DNA of 64,000 bases from Thermomicrobiales bacterium (GTDB taxonomy: Bacteria > Chloroflexota > Chloroflexia > Thermomicrobiales > UBA6265), in NCBI GenBank assembly GCA_049840815.1, contig JASGJI010000003.1, positions 23,503 through 87,502 on the forward strand, read 5' to 3'. Shown piece after piece: positions 10,226 through 20,804 of this stretch. The notes beneath the pieces were generated by a model. It was not told where the DNA came from and made no database searches. It saw only the letters and a list, made by a program, of their open reading frames with translations. Position 1 is the stretch's first letter, and each line of letters opens with the position of its first letter. The position numbers and the translations under genes are program-made.

Positions 10226-11337
10226 GGAATGGTTTGCACCTCCACGGAGAGGACAGCCGGCAGATCGTGGACGATGGCCTGCCAGGTGTCGCCGGAATCG
10301 GGCGAGACGTAGACCTGCCCGCCAGTCGTGCCGAAGTAGATCCCGGCGGAATCCAGCGTGTCGGATGCCATCGCATCGCGCAGGATGTTCACGTAGCAGT
10401 TCTCCTGGGGCAGGCCATTCGTCAGCGCCTCCCACTCGTTGCCACCGGTGCGGCTGCGGTAGACACGGAGCTTGCCTTCCGGGACGAAGTGCTCGCTGTC
10501 GCTCTTGATCGGCACGACGTAGATCGTCTCCGGCTCGTGGGGATGGACCTCGATCGGGAAGCCGAAGTCGCTTGGAAGGTTGCCGCTGATCTCGGTCCAG
10601 AACGCGCCGCCGTTGTCGCTGCGCATCACATCCCAGTGCTTCTGCATGAAGAGGATGTCCGGGTTCTTCGGATGCATCGCGATGTTGTGGACGCAGTGGC
10701 CGATCTCGGCATCCGGGTCCGGCGTCCACTCGGAGTGGAGGCCCTTGTTGATGGCTTGCCACGTCTCGCCGCCATCGTCGGTGCGGAATGCGCCAGCGGC
10801 GGAGATGGCGATCACCATCTTCTGTTCGTCACGCGGGTCGATCGCGATGGTGTGCAGGCAAAGGCCGCCCGCGCCCGGCGTCCAGTCCATGCCGGTGGTG
10901 TGGGTGCGCAGGCCGGGAAGTTCCTCCCACGTCTGGCCGGCATCGGTGGAGCGGAAGAGCGCGGCATCCTCGACCCCGGCGTAGACGGTATCCGGGCAGG
11001 AGAGGGACGGCTCCAGGTGCCAGACGCGAGCGAACTCCCACGGGTGGGGCGTGCCGTCGTACCACTGGTGGTTGCCGGCGTCGGTGGCGTAGCGGAACTC
11101 GTTGCCGACCGGCTCCCACGTCGTGCCGCCGTCATCCGAGCGCTGGATGATCTGCCCGAACCAGCTTGTGGACTGCGATGCGTAGAGGCGATCCGGGTTC
11201 ACCGGCGACCCGTTGACGTGGTAGATCTCCCAGCCGGGAAAGTGCGGCCCGGAGACCTGCCAATCCCTTCGCGCTTCGTCGGACGTCAGGATGAACGCGC
11301 CTTTGCGCGTCCCGACGAGCACTCTCACGCTGCTCAT
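10222..11337 (-). CDS. BNR/Asp-box repeat beta-propeller protein (sialidase/GH74-like fold)
   Basis: Repeated Asp-boxes [40 protein letters not shown]; no signal peptide. Confidence 0.9.
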   Translation of the reverse strand: MSSVRVLVGTRKGAFILTSDEARRDWQVSGPHFPGWEIYHVNGSPVNPDRLYASQSTSWFGQIIQRSDDGGTTWEPVGNEFRYATDAGNHQWYDGTPHPWEFARVWHLEPSLSCPDTVYAGVEDAALFRSTDAGQTWEELPGLRTHTTGMDWTPGAGGLCLHTIAIDPRDEQKMVIAISAAGAFRTDDGGETWQAINKGLHSEWTPDPDAEIGHCVHNIAMHPKNPDILFMQKHWDVMRSDNGGAFWTEISGNLPSDFGFPIEVHPHEPETIYVVPIKSDSEHFVPEGKLRVYRSRTGGNEWEALTNGLPQENCYVNILRDAMASDTLDSAGIYFGTTGGQVYVSPDSGDTWQAIVHDLPAVLSVEVQTIP

Positions 11338-11511
11338 GCGATGTCGCTCCCTTCACGCTGTGGTGGTTCCGCGCAGGTTTGCGGTTCCAACGGTCCTTGC
11401 CTGGGCGGGAGGGGCGCATGCCTCGGCCACCTGTAGACTCGTTGTCACACATCGTACGGACACCGCATGCAGGGTGCTTCTTCCAGCTTGCGGTCGGGCG
11501 AGGGGGCGTGG

Positions 11512-11793
11512 TCAGTCGGCGATGGAGGGGGCGAAGCGCTGGGCGGATCGCGCCTTCGCCTTGATCGCCTCGGTCTCGCGATCCTTCGGCGGGGCGTTTG
11601 TCTCCAGCGTTGCTAGCAGACGGGCGGACGCCGCGGTGATCTCGGCAACAGCCGCCTCGAACGCGGCCTGATTTGCCTGCGAGGGCTTCGTGAAGCCGCT
11701 GATCTTGCGGACGTACTGCAGCGACGCGGCCTCGATCTCGTCCGACGTGGCGGGAGGCGCGAAGTTGAACAGGGGACGGATGTTGCGGCACAT
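11512..11793 (-). CDS. DUF2277 family protein
   Basis: MCRNIRPLFNFAPPAT...AASLQYVRKISG signature; AAGGAG RBS. Confidence 0.9.
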   Translation of the reverse strand: MCRNIRPLFNFAPPATSDEIEAASLQYVRKISGFTKPSQANQAAFEAAVAEITAASARLLATLETNAPPKDRETEAIKAKARSAQRFAPSIAD

Positions 11794-11972
11794 CGTGGAA
11801 AACTCCTTGCGCGATCGGTGGCGAGGGCGTGACCCCATTGTACGTTCGGGGAGAAGGGCGATGGGTCGGGGCACATATTCCGGATGAGCGACATTTCGGT
11901 TCCGGATGGATGCCGCTACAATCGTGGCAGGTCTTTGTCCCTGCCCACTCGCTTCCAGCCGAAGGAGCCTCC

Positions 11973-12629
11973 ATGATTCGCGAACGCCTCGTTCGTCCGC
12001 TTGCCGCTGCCAGTGCCGCTGCCGGGTTGGTGGTCGCCGTCCTGGCTTCGTGTGTTTCCCCGAGTCTTGCTGCCGACGCCACGCCGGTCGCGTCTCCGGG
12101 GGCATCGCCCGTCGCATCCGGCGATGCCGCCAGCTACTGCGTGTCGATGGGGGGTGTCGTGCGCGAGCGAACACCTGTCCTCGGCACCAACGCCCCGGCG
12201 ACACAGGTCACGCTTGGCGGCGCGCGCGCCTTCTGCGAGTTCACCCATGGCGAAGGCTCCGACGATGACTCATGGATCGCGATTGACCTCGATTCGCTTG
12301 TCTCGCCGGAGCCGACGCTCGCTGTGCTTGCCTATCTGACGAAGCCGCCGGTTCCGCAGAGTTCCGGGAGCGCGAATCCGGCCTCCATCTATTGCGCACA
12401 TCTCGGCGGAGCGGAGATCGGTGCCCAGACCGGTGCTGGTGGCGGCTGGGTGACGACTGATACCGACACGCCGATTGACGTGCTGGAGGCGTGTGTCTTC
12501 GGCGATGGCTCGATCATCGATTCCTGGGGCATTACCTACCATGCGAACGACATCGTTCGCGGCGCGGACCTGACCGGGAAGTTCGCCTATCAGTCGGCGA
12601 ACCCGCCGCACGTCTTCGCGCAGTCCTGA
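11973..12629 (+). CDS. Secreted Cys-containing protein with DUF333-like motifs
   Basis: Signal peptide; ANPASIYC..LGG and AASYCVSMGG repeats paired with downstream CxF; AAGGAG RBS. Confidence 0.7.
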   Translation: MIRERLVRPLAAASAAAGLVVAVLASCVSPSLAADATPVASPGASPVASGDAASYCVSMGGVVRERTPVLGTNAPATQVTLGGARAFCEFTHGEGSDDDSWIAIDLDSLVSPEPTLAVLAYLTKPPVPQSSGSANPASIYCAHLGGAEIGAQTGAGGGWVTTDTDTPIDVLEACVFGDGSIIDSWGITYHANDIVRGADLTGKFAYQSANPPHVFAQS

Positions 12630-12691
12630 CGACGGCTGCAATCGGATCGTTCGGGGAGGGGATTGGCCTGGACTCCCTCCCCGATGGGCGC

Positions 12692-13903
12692 TCAGGCCAG
12701 CGCCATGCACGCCGTCCGCCAGAAGTCGGCCCGCACGGCGGGCGGTGTGGGCGAGGTCCACGCCAGGTTCGTCAGGAGCACTCCGGTCAGGCCAGTGACC
12801 GGATCGTTTGCCCATGACGTCCCGAGGCCACCGTCCCAGCCATACGTTCCCTTCTGCATGCCGAGTGAGGTTGGACGGGTATGGACGTTCATGCAGAACC
12901 CCCAGCCGTCGATCCCGAAGATGTCGCGATCGATGCCTGTTGCCGTTTTCTGGAGATCGGTCAGATGGTCGGTGGTCATCATCGCGACCGATTCCGGCGA
13001 CAGCACGCGCACACCGGCCCGCTCCCCACGTCCCGCCAGCATCTCGCCGAACGCCAGCAGGTCATCGGCGGTCGAGAGCAGATCGCCTCCCGCGTTCGGG
13101 AATGAAGGCGGCGAGAGCCAGGCGCTGCCCTGCGCCGGGTCGTAGACCTCCGAAGCTGCCGTCGTCGGGCCGGGCTGGTAACACGTCGTGAAGCGGTCGA
13201 GCGATGCCGCCGGAAGCTGGAATCCGGTGTCGCGCATCCCGAGCGGCGCGAAGATCCGTTCCTGCATGACGTCCGGCAGCGGTTGCCGCGCCGCGCGAGC
13301 GATGAGCACGCCGAGGATCTCCGCGCTCACGTGATAGCGCCAGCGGTGTCCTGGTTGGCTCAGCAGCGGCAAGGTGCCGAGCCGGGCGATCCACGAATCC
13401 GGATCGCCACCGGGCATCGGCGCGGCTGGGGAGAGGCCTGCCTGCTCAATCGCCGCCTGGATCGGATAGGTGCCCGGCGCGGCGAACAGGTAGCCGTCGC
13501 CGCCCGTGAAGGTCAGCAGGTCGCGCGTGGTCACCGGGCGGAAGGCGGGCACAGTGTCGTCCGGATCGCTCGCCAGCGTGCGCAGCACCGGTCGGCCGAC
13601 CAATTCCGGCAATAGGTTGTCGATGGATGCATCGAGACCGATTCTCCCTTCCTCCACCAGGATCATCGCCGCCGTCGCCGCGATTGGCTTGGTGATCGAC
13701 GCGATGCGGAAGATCGCATCCGGGACGATCGCCGGACCTGCGAGCGTGAGGGTTCCTGCCGCCGCGAGGTGGCGCTGGCCATGGCGGGAGATCGCCGCAA
13801 CGATGCCCGGCACGCCGCCAGACTCGGCATGCCAGCGGAGCGTGGCGTCGAGGCGATCGAGGCCATCCGGATCGAACGGGGGAGCGGCCGCTGACGACGG
13901 CAT
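12692..13903 (-). CDS. Serine hydrolase, beta-lactamase class C-like family
   Basis: FRIASITK (SxxK), PGHRWRY, YGWDGGLGT. Confidence 0.9.
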   Translation of the reverse strand: MPSSAAAPPFDPDGLDRLDATLRWHAESGGVPGIVAAISRHGQRHLAAAGTLTLAGPAIVPDAIFRIASITKPIAATAAMILVEEGRIGLDASIDNLLPELVGRPVLRTLASDPDDTVPAFRPVTTRDLLTFTGGDGYLFAAPGTYPIQAAIEQAGLSPAAPMPGGDPDSWIARLGTLPLLSQPGHRWRYHVSAEILGVLIARAARQPLPDVMQERIFAPLGMRDTGFQLPAASLDRFTTCYQPGPTTAASEVYDPAQGSAWLSPPSFPNAGGDLLSTADDLLAFGEMLAGRGERAGVRVLSPESVAMMTTDHLTDLQKTATGIDRDIFGIDGWGFCMNVHTRPTSLGMQKGTYGWDGGLGTSWANDPVTGLTGVLLTNLAWTSPTPPAVRADFWRTACMALA

Positions 13904-14207
13904 GGGGACCCCTTTCCTGAACCGTGAAACGCTGTCACCAGCGTATCCGACGCCGACGGTGGCCGCTTCTCGCCGATTGCGCCCGCGGCCAACTCGGGCC
14001 AGCCGGGTTATGGTAGGCCATTCGTCTGCGGTCACTGGACGTGGGTCGTTGAACGGCAGCCACCGGAACAACTGCCGGACGGTGTATGCGCGATTCGCCG
14101 AATTTCGTCGTGCCGTGCTGCCGACCTCGCCGCCGGAGGGCGCGACATTTGGCCTGGTCCACGCATCCTGCAGCGGGATGTTCGTCGCCCTGTCGTTGCG
14201 CAAGGGC

Positions 14208-14236
14208 TAGTGGACGGGATGCGTCCCGTCCACTAC
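14208..14236. repeat. Single GTAG-type REP-like palindrome
   Basis: Minus strand reads GTAGTGGACGGGACGCATCCCGTCCACTA: GTAG plus a hairpin. Confidence 0.55.
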
Positions 14237-14318
14237 GACCCGATTGGCGGTGCGAATGCGCGCATCGGGGTTGGCATCATCATGGACGCACCCTGCTCCT
14301 GACGGTTGCGTGGAACGA

Positions 14319-14352
14319 CGACACCCCAGGCCGCATGCGGTCTGGGGTGTCG
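14319..14352 (-). terminator. Terminator-like hairpin after the MarR gene
   Basis: CGACACCCCAGGCCGC-AT-GCGGTCTGGGGTGTCG just past the stop at 14364. Confidence 0.65.
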
Positions 14353-14363
14353 GTCCGGCGTGG

Positions 14364-15380
14364 TTACTCGTTCGCCGGAGCGTCGGTCTGTGGCGTTTCC
14401 TGCCGGGCATCGTCGCGTTGCCACGGGCCGAACGGACGAGCGCCACGATGGTGGCCCGGATGTCCGCCGTGTCGATGACGCCCGCGCCCGTCCGCCGGGG
14501 CGTTCACGATCACCGTGTCCGCGTGCTGGATGATCGTCGGCGCGTTCCCGCGACCGTGACCGCCCTTGCGACCGTGGCGGCTGTGGTCGTGTCCACGTCC
14601 ACGTCCACCGCGCGGACCGAAGGGATGCCCCTCGCGGGGATCGACGAACGTGCCCCGCTCGTCCTGGGATTCGGGATCTTCACCGTCCTCATGCTCGGTG
14701 GCGGCGGCGAAGGCCTGCATGCGCTCGCGCCATGCGCCGCGTGGATCGAAGTCGCGCAGGGGGCCGCGCGGGCCACGTCCCGGGCCACGATGGCCGGGTC
14801 CGCGTCCGTGACCGCCGCCGCCACCGAACGGGCCGTGGCGACGCCTGCCGCCATCCGGTCCTGGTCCCCAGTCGGCGTCTGGGCGCACACCCTCCGGGGC
14901 GAGGTCGATCAGCGCGGCAAGCACTGTGCGGGACGCCTCCAGCTGCTCGGGGGTGACCGATTCCGCGAGGGCCGCATTCAGCCCATCGATGGCGGTGCGG
15001 ACGGCTTCGGCGGCGGCGCGACCGCGTTCGGTGAGGGCGACACGCATCCGGCGACGGTCGTCGGGATCGGGTTCGCGGACGATGTAGCCGCGTTCCACCA
15101 GCGTGTCGATCAGCTGCGTGCCGTGTTGGCGGGAGATGCGCCCGCCGCGCAGGACGTCAGTGAGCGAGGAGCCTGCATCGCCGCCATCGATACGCCGGAG
15201 GACGGAGATCCCGCGCATCGGCAGATCGTCCATCTCGGCGGCTTCCAGGGCGGTGGCGATGGTGATGTCATAGACGCGCCCGGCTCGTGCGAGCAGTTGG
15301 CGGAGCGAGACCGGCTCCTCGGGCGTCGTGATGGTCGATGTGGTCTCGGTGTCTGGGGTTTCGGTGATGGGAGTTTCCAT
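14364..15380 (-). CDS. MarR family regulator with long Gly/Arg/His-rich disordered C-terminus
   Basis: wHTH LIDTLVERGYIVREPDPDDRRRMRVALTERG; low-complexity tail; start 15380 or slightly upstream. Confidence 0.85.
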   Translation of the reverse strand: METPITETPDTETTSTITTPEEPVSLRQLLARAGRVYDITIATALEAAEMDDLPMRGISVLRRIDGGDAGSSLTDVLRGGRISRQHGTQLIDTLVERGYIVREPDPDDRRRMRVALTERGRAAAEAVRTAIDGLNAALAESVTPEQLEASRTVLAALIDLAPEGVRPDADWGPGPDGGRRRHGPFGGGGGHGRGPGHRGPGRGPRGPLRDFDPRGAWRERMQAFAAATEHEDGEDPESQDERGTFVDPREGHPFGPRGGRGRGHDHSRHGRKGGHGRGNAPTIIQHADTVIVNAPADGRGRHRHGGHPGHHRGARPFGPWQRDDARQETPQTDAPANE

Positions 15381-15437
15381 CTGGGCAGTGGACTTTCCGC
15401 TGCGAATGTCTGCGTTCATCCATTCATCATGTGAACA

Positions 15438-15472
15438 GTACATAGTATGTACATATATTCGGATTCTGTCAA
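15438..15472 (-). promoter_or_regulatory. Sigma70 promoter of the MarR gene with overlapping palindromic operator
   Basis: Minus strand TTGACA (15472-15467), 17 bp, CATACT (15449-15444); palindrome GTACATA-G-TATGTAC at 15438-15452. Confidence 0.75.
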
Positions 15473-15571
15473 CCCCCTTTCGACGAACTGCCATCTGGTG
15501 ATGGTGTAGCGCGCGATGAAGCCCCGATCCTGATCTGGATCGGGGCTTCGAGGTAGGGTGGTTCTTCTGGT

Positions 15572-16348
15572 CTACGCTGCCTGGGTCGGGGGCGGGAGAC
15601 AGCCGCAGGAGGGCATCGGCGTGGCGGTCGCGTCCGGATCGGGGAGCGGTGAGTTGCTGACCGTGAGGTCGTAGTCCCACATCGGGACCAGCCCACGCAG
15701 GACGTCGGCATCGTCCGGTCCCGGCATGCGGTCGAAGTCGCCACCTTCTGCCATGCCTTCCGCGACCACCGTCACATCCGGGGACGTCGGTTCGTGATCG
15801 AGGGCGAATTGCGCGAACGCCTGCATCCGCTCGCTAAGCGCTGCGTTGGAGGTGTCGCCTTCTCCTTCGACGATGATGCCCATGCTGCCGGATCGCACAA
15901 AGAGGATGCCGACGGCCTCGGTCTCGCTGCCGGTCGCGTCGGGCAGGAGATAGGTCATCGCGTCGTCGCCGAGTCCTGGGATCGCCCTTGCCGTGAGATC
16001 GGTCGGGGACTCGTGGATGATCGCCCCGGCCACGAGCGTTCCGGAGGTGAGCATCCAGGCGGTCTTCGCGTCGTCCTCGGTCGTGAACTGGAGGATGGTG
16101 ATGGTGGCGTGGGTCATCGCCGGATCAAGGTCTTCCGGCGTCGCGGTACTGGACGAATGGGAATCGTAGCGGCGGGCGTAGGCGCTCTCCAGCCCGTCGA
16201 GCGCGGCGATCATCTCCTCGGGTGATGCCTGGTTCGCGCTCGCATGCGCGATGGACAGCAGGCTGCCGGCGAGCATCGAGAGGCAGAGGGCAAACGCCGC
16301 GATGGCGCGGAGACGGGGGAACCGGAGGTACGAGTTCGATATCGGCAC
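15572..16348 (-). CDS. Secreted hypothetical protein
   Basis: Sec signal (AHA cleavage), GC-rich coding bias, AAAGGA RBS; IPGLGDDA motif as in PknH-like extracellular domains. Confidence 0.7.
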   Translation of the reverse strand: MPISNSYLRFPRLRAIAAFALCLSMLAGSLLSIAHASANQASPEEMIAALDGLESAYARRYDSHSSSTATPEDLDPAMTHATITILQFTTEDDAKTAWMLTSGTLVAGAIIHESPTDLTARAIPGLGDDAMTYLLPDATGSETEAVGILFVRSGSMGIIVEGEGDTSNAALSERMQAFAQFALDHEPTSPDVTVVAEGMAEGGDFDRMPGPDDADVLRGLVPMWDYDLTVSNSPLPDPDATATPMPSCGCLPPPTQAA

Positions 16349-16521
16349 GATGCGTCCTTTCGTTCGGTCGGGCGGTTCCTCGGCGGGGCGGCCTGCACGC
16401 CGCGCTCGCGCGTTTGAAGATGGACGCCACCCGGGCGCCTCGGGTTCCCCTCACGTCGCGCGGGCGTGATGGTCCTGCTGACGATAGAGGCGTACGTATC
16501 TGCCTGCAGCATAGGGTCTGG

Positions 16522-18381
16522 CTATGATGCCTTCGTCCAGTTCGCGATGTTCCAGAAGGGCATCTCAAAGGAGCTGGGGAACACCGCGTCGTCGTTCAGG
16601 GACTCCGTAATTGCGTACACCGCCGACGATCGCTGCACCAGCGGCACTCCCGCCACGTCCTGCACCGCGAGATCGTTCATCGCGATGAACAGCTCCGCCA
16701 GCCGCGCCGGATCGGTCTGCGTCGCCGCCTCGTCGTAGAGGGCGTCGAAGTCCGGGTTCACGTAGCGCATCTGGTTCACGCCCGTCCAGTTGTTCGCCTT
16801 CTGGGCGACGTTCGCGTTGTCCGGACCCGCATACCAGACGAAGAAGAAGTTCAGGGGATAGGGCGTGTCCGGGCCATCCGCCCACATCTGGACATCCGTG
16901 TAGAAGTGGGTCATTCCCTGATCGTTCCCCGGCGAGCCGTCGAAGAAGATGCCAGGATCGACCTCCATCAGCTCCGTCCGAATGCCCACCTTCTCCCAGT
17001 TCGCCTTGATCACCTGCTGCGTCTTCTGGCGCACGTTGTTCACGGCGGCCGCGTACGTCACCGCCAGCTTCACGCCGTCCTTGATGCGGAAACCATCGTC
17101 ACCACGCATCCAACCGGCCTCGTCCAGCAGGCGGTTCGCCTCCTCCGGGTCGTAGCGCCACTGGTTCGCGGTGGAGGCGAATTCCGGCACGCCCACCAGG
17201 AAGTCGGAGGCCGCTTCCTCGCCCGGCAGGTAGAGGCGGTCGACCAGTGTTGCCTTGTCGATCGCCAGCGAGAACGCCTGGCGCACGCGCAGGTCCGTGA
17301 AGAAAGGATGCGGCGTTCCCAGCTTCGCGCGTTCGCCATCGACCTCGGTGTGGGGATCGCAGAAGTTGAAGAGCAGCCGCTCGAGGCTGGACCCTGGTCG
17401 TACCACGATCTCCCCACGCGAGCCGTTTGCGTTGAGTTCGCTCAGGATCTCCGGCTCCAGCTGCAAGGCGGGCGCGAAATCGTATTCCCCCGTCTGTACC
17501 ACCGCCCGCGCGGCGGAGGGCGCATCGCCGCCGCCCTTCAGGATGACCTTGCTGAAGAAGGGCTTGCCCGGTTCTCGGTAGGTCGGGTTCGCGGTGTAGA
17601 TCGCCTGATCTCCGGGCGTGAACGACTCGACCACGAACGGCCCGGTCCCGATCGGCTTCAGGGAGAACGCATCGTTTGCAGCCTGTCCGCCACCATTCAG
17701 GATGTGTTTCGGGTAGACCACGCCCCAGTTTGTGCCCGTGAACGGGACGAACCAGCCCGGCTGGGGCGCGTTGTAGGTGATCCTCGCGGTCAATTCGTCC
17801 ACGACCTCGATGCCATCGATCATCGCGTACTGCTGGACCGCCGCTGTCGGGTTTTCCGGATCGACCAGCCATTGCCAGGTGAAGACGACGTCCTCGGCAG
17901 TCAATGGTTCACCATCGCTCCAGGTCACGCCGGGGAGCAGCGAATACGTCACCTGCGTCAGGTCGGCGGAGAGCAGGCCGTTCTCCACGGAGGGCACCTG
18001 CGTGATCAGCCGTGGAAGCAGCGTGCCGTCTGGCGCGTAGGACATCAGCGGTTCGCTGACGAGCGCGGCGGCCATCTTGTCCTTCTTGCCGGTCGCAGCG
18101 TGGGAGCTGAGCGTGGTTGGTGCCTGCCACTGGAGGATACGCAGGTCGCCGCCTTCGCCCCGTTCCTGATCGGCACGGACCCCCGGATCGAGCGCCACGG
18201 CGGGCGTCCACTCGGCATCGGGTGTCTGCGCGGAAGTGGCTGACGGGAGGTTGATCGTCATCAACGCAACCAGCGGCGACATCCCGAGCGCGGTGGCACG
18301 GCGAAGGAACGTCCGCCGGTCAAGGTGTCCGGTACGGAACGCATGGGTGAGGGCGAGCAGCGAGGAGTGCGGGACGGTCAA
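16522..18381 (-). CDS. Family-5 (peptide/nickel) ABC substrate-binding protein, Tat-exported
   Basis: DRRTFLRR Tat motif, WSDGEPLTAEDVVFTW, PIGTGPF; TTG start after GGAGG. Confidence 0.92.
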   Translation of the reverse strand: MTVPHSSLLALTHAFRTGHLDRRTFLRRATALGMSPLVALMTINLPSATSAQTPDAEWTPAVALDPGVRADQERGEGGDLRILQWQAPTTLSSHAATGKKDKMAAALVSEPLMSYAPDGTLLPRLITQVPSVENGLLSADLTQVTYSLLPGVTWSDGEPLTAEDVVFTWQWLVDPENPTAAVQQYAMIDGIEVVDELTARITYNAPQPGWFVPFTGTNWGVVYPKHILNGGGQAANDAFSLKPIGTGPFVVESFTPGDQAIYTANPTYREPGKPFFSKVILKGGGDAPSAARAVVQTGEYDFAPALQLEPEILSELNANGSRGEIVVRPGSSLERLLFNFCDPHTEVDGERAKLGTPHPFFTDLRVRQAFSLAIDKATLVDRLYLPGEEAASDFLVGVPEFASTANQWRYDPEEANRLLDEAGWMRGDDGFRIKDGVKLAVTYAAAVNNVRQKTQQVIKANWEKVGIRTELMEVDPGIFFDGSPGNDQGMTHFYTDVQMWADGPDTPYPLNFFFVWYAGPDNANVAQKANNWTGVNQMRYVNPDFDALYDEAATQTDPARLAELFIAMNDLAVQDVAGVPLVQRSSAVYAITESLNDDAVFPSSFEMPFWNIANWTKAS

Positions 18382-18608
18382 GGAACGGGAACCTCCGATG
18401 AACGCGATGCCCGGCACCATGGCCGGGCGTGGACATCACCTCTGGATCGTACCTGCTTTCGCCCACCTGTCGACCCTCTCCTGGGTGGGATCGGATGCGC
18501 AGATTGACGATCGTGCATGCCCTCCGTCACGATACCGGTACATGGCGTCTGGACCACCCGTGTTCGACTTTGTCGTCTCTGCTCAGGGTCTGGAGGCCAC
18601 TGATGGGA

Positions 18609-19598
18609 ATGTCCACGCCACCGGCTGATACGCCTGGATTCGTCTCGACCGGAACGCTTCCCCCTCCCGAACGCATCCAGGCTCTGGTTGAAGCTGCCTG
18701 GACGACCTACGCCCCGGTGTCCGAGGGGGCGGTATCTCCTGTCTATCCGGCGTTGGCGCGCGTGTCAGCGGACCTGTTCGGCCTCTGCCTCACGGGGACG
18801 GCTGGCGCGTCGTTCGCGGTCGGGGATGCCGATGTGCCCTTCACGATCATGAGCGTCTCCAAGCCGTTCGTGTTGGCCCTTGTCTGTGAGGCGTTGGGGC
18901 CGGAGATGGTTCGCGCCAGGATCGGCGTGAACGCGACCGGGTTGGCGTTCAACTCGGCCACGGCGGTCGAACGCAGTGCGGATGGGCGGACCAACCCGAT
19001 GGTGAACTCTGGGGCCATCGCGACCACCAGCCTCGTCCCCGGCGACTCCGCCGATGCGCGATGGGCCTGCATCCACGACGGTCTTTCCCGCTTCGCCGGG
19101 CGCGACCTGGCGGTGAATGATGAGACCTACGCCTCCGCCTCCGAGACGAACTTCAAGAATCGCAGTCTGGTGGCCTTGCTCCAGAGTCTCGGGAGTATCT
19201 ACTGCGACCCCGTCGAGGCGCTGGATCTCTACACGCGCCAATGCGCGCTGGATGTCTCTGCCCGCGACCTCGCCACCATGGGGGCGACCCTTGCCGATGG
19301 CGGCGTGAATCCGATCACGAAGGAGCGGGTGGTCTCGCCGGAGGTCTGTCACTACGTGCTGGCGGTGATGGCGACGGCGGGGATGTACGAGACGTCTGGC
19401 GACTGGCTCTACGAGGTGGGGTTGCCCGGCAAGAGCGGGATCGGCGGTGGCATCGTCACGGTCTCGCCGGGCAAGGGCGCGTTGGCGACCTTCTCTCCGC
19501 CGCTGGATGCCGCCGGAAACAGCGTGCGCGGCCAGCTTGCGACGCGCTTCCTCTCCCACCAGTTGGGGATGGACCTCTTCGTTTCCCGGCCTGCGTGA
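18609..19598 (+). CDS. glsA: Glutaminase
   Basis: FTIMSVSK (SxxK), TGLAFNS, NPMVNSGAI, GMYETSG, PGKSGIGGG, SPPLDAAGNSVRG. Confidence 0.95.
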   Translation: MSTPPADTPGFVSTGTLPPPERIQALVEAAWTTYAPVSEGAVSPVYPALARVSADLFGLCLTGTAGASFAVGDADVPFTIMSVSKPFVLALVCEALGPEMVRARIGVNATGLAFNSATAVERSADGRTNPMVNSGAIATTSLVPGDSADARWACIHDGLSRFAGRDLAVNDETYASASETNFKNRSLVALLQSLGSIYCDPVEALDLYTRQCALDVSARDLATMGATLADGGVNPITKERVVSPEVCHYVLAVMATAGMYETSGDWLYEVGLPGKSGIGGGIVTVSPGKGALATFSPPLDAAGNSVRGQLATRFLSHQLGMDLFVSRPA

Positions 19599-19709
19599 TG
19601 GCCCTGGACCGGGAGTCGGAAACCGCCGTGGCTTGCACCCGGGGGGCACAACCGCGTAGCCTGCGGCTCGTATCGTCCGCTCGCTCGCACCACCGGAGCC
19701 ACGTCGCCG

Positions 19710-20728
19710 ATGACTGACGCACCAATCGCCACCAATGCTCCTCGCCGTGCCCATCCCCTTGCCGCCTGGCAGCGCCCCGGACGGTTCTGGAAGGGCAATC
19801 TGCACACCCATTCCACCCGCTCCGATGGGGGCCTGACACCCGAGGCGATCAGTATTGCCTACCGCGAGCGCGGCTACGATTTCTACGCCCTTACCGATCA
19901 CTTCCTGCCGGAGACGCATTTTCGCAAGAACGCCGATCCCGCCAGCTTCATCACCGTCTCCGACACCCACGACTTCCGCACGGATGGCTTTACCACCATC
20001 CTCGGTGCGGAGCTGCATGGTCCGGTGATGCGCAATGGCGACATCTGGCACCTCCTCGCTGTTGGCCTGCCGCTCGATTTTGCCCCGCTGGGTACGGATG
20101 AGACGGGGTTGGACATCGCCCGCCGTGCCCTCGACGCCGGGGCGTACATCGCGATCGCCCATCCGGCCTGGAGCCTGCTGCCGATCGAGGATGCGCGGGA
20201 GGCGGCGGCATTCGCGCATGCGGTGGAGATCTACAACCACGGCAGCCTCGGCGAGGTCGATCGCGGGGACAGTTGGCACAATCTCGACCTCCTGTCGCAG
20301 GAAGGGTTTCGCCTCACGGCCTGCGCGACCGACGACGCGCACATCGAGTTTCCGGACTATCCGGATTCGTGGACGGCGGATGCGTTCGGCGGCTGGGTCC
20401 AGGTGAAGGCTGCATCGTTGGCGCCGGATGCCTTGCTCGCGGCGCTGAAGGAAGGGGCGTACTACTCGTCCACCGGCCCGCGCATCCACAACGTGACGGT
20501 GGATGATGACCACCTGATCGTTGAATGCGATCCAGCCGTGCAGGTCTTCGCAACCGGACGCGGTGCCCGGAACATCCGCGTGCGCGGGGGGACATCACGC
20601 AGGCGTCCTTCCCGCTCGAACGCTTCCGCGCCAACGACGGCGGCTTCATGCGGGTGACGGTCGTCGGGGAGGAGGGCGGCCGTGCCTGGACGCACCCGAT
20701 CTGGCTGGACGAGTTGCAAGGACGTTGA
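19710..20728 (+). pseudogene. PHP-domain metallohydrolase (CehA/McbA-like), frameshifted at G6 run 20586-20591 (possible sequencing error)
   Basis: GNLHTHSTRSDG, LTDH, AHP, DDAH motifs; C-terminus homologous to the 33694-34725 paralog continues in another frame (20525-20728 ORF). Confidence 0.85.
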
Positions 20729-20804
20729 CCGTATGAGATCATGCGTTCTATTCTTTCTGGGGCCCTGATGGTAAGTTTCCGAATCTGCACGGCCGGGAGC
20801 GATC

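Noticed and set aside
13904-14207. N-terminal extension of the serine hydrolase, or a RAYT remnant beside the REP
   Set aside because: A better start with RBS lies at 13903; no HUH or WQ..Y motif is seen
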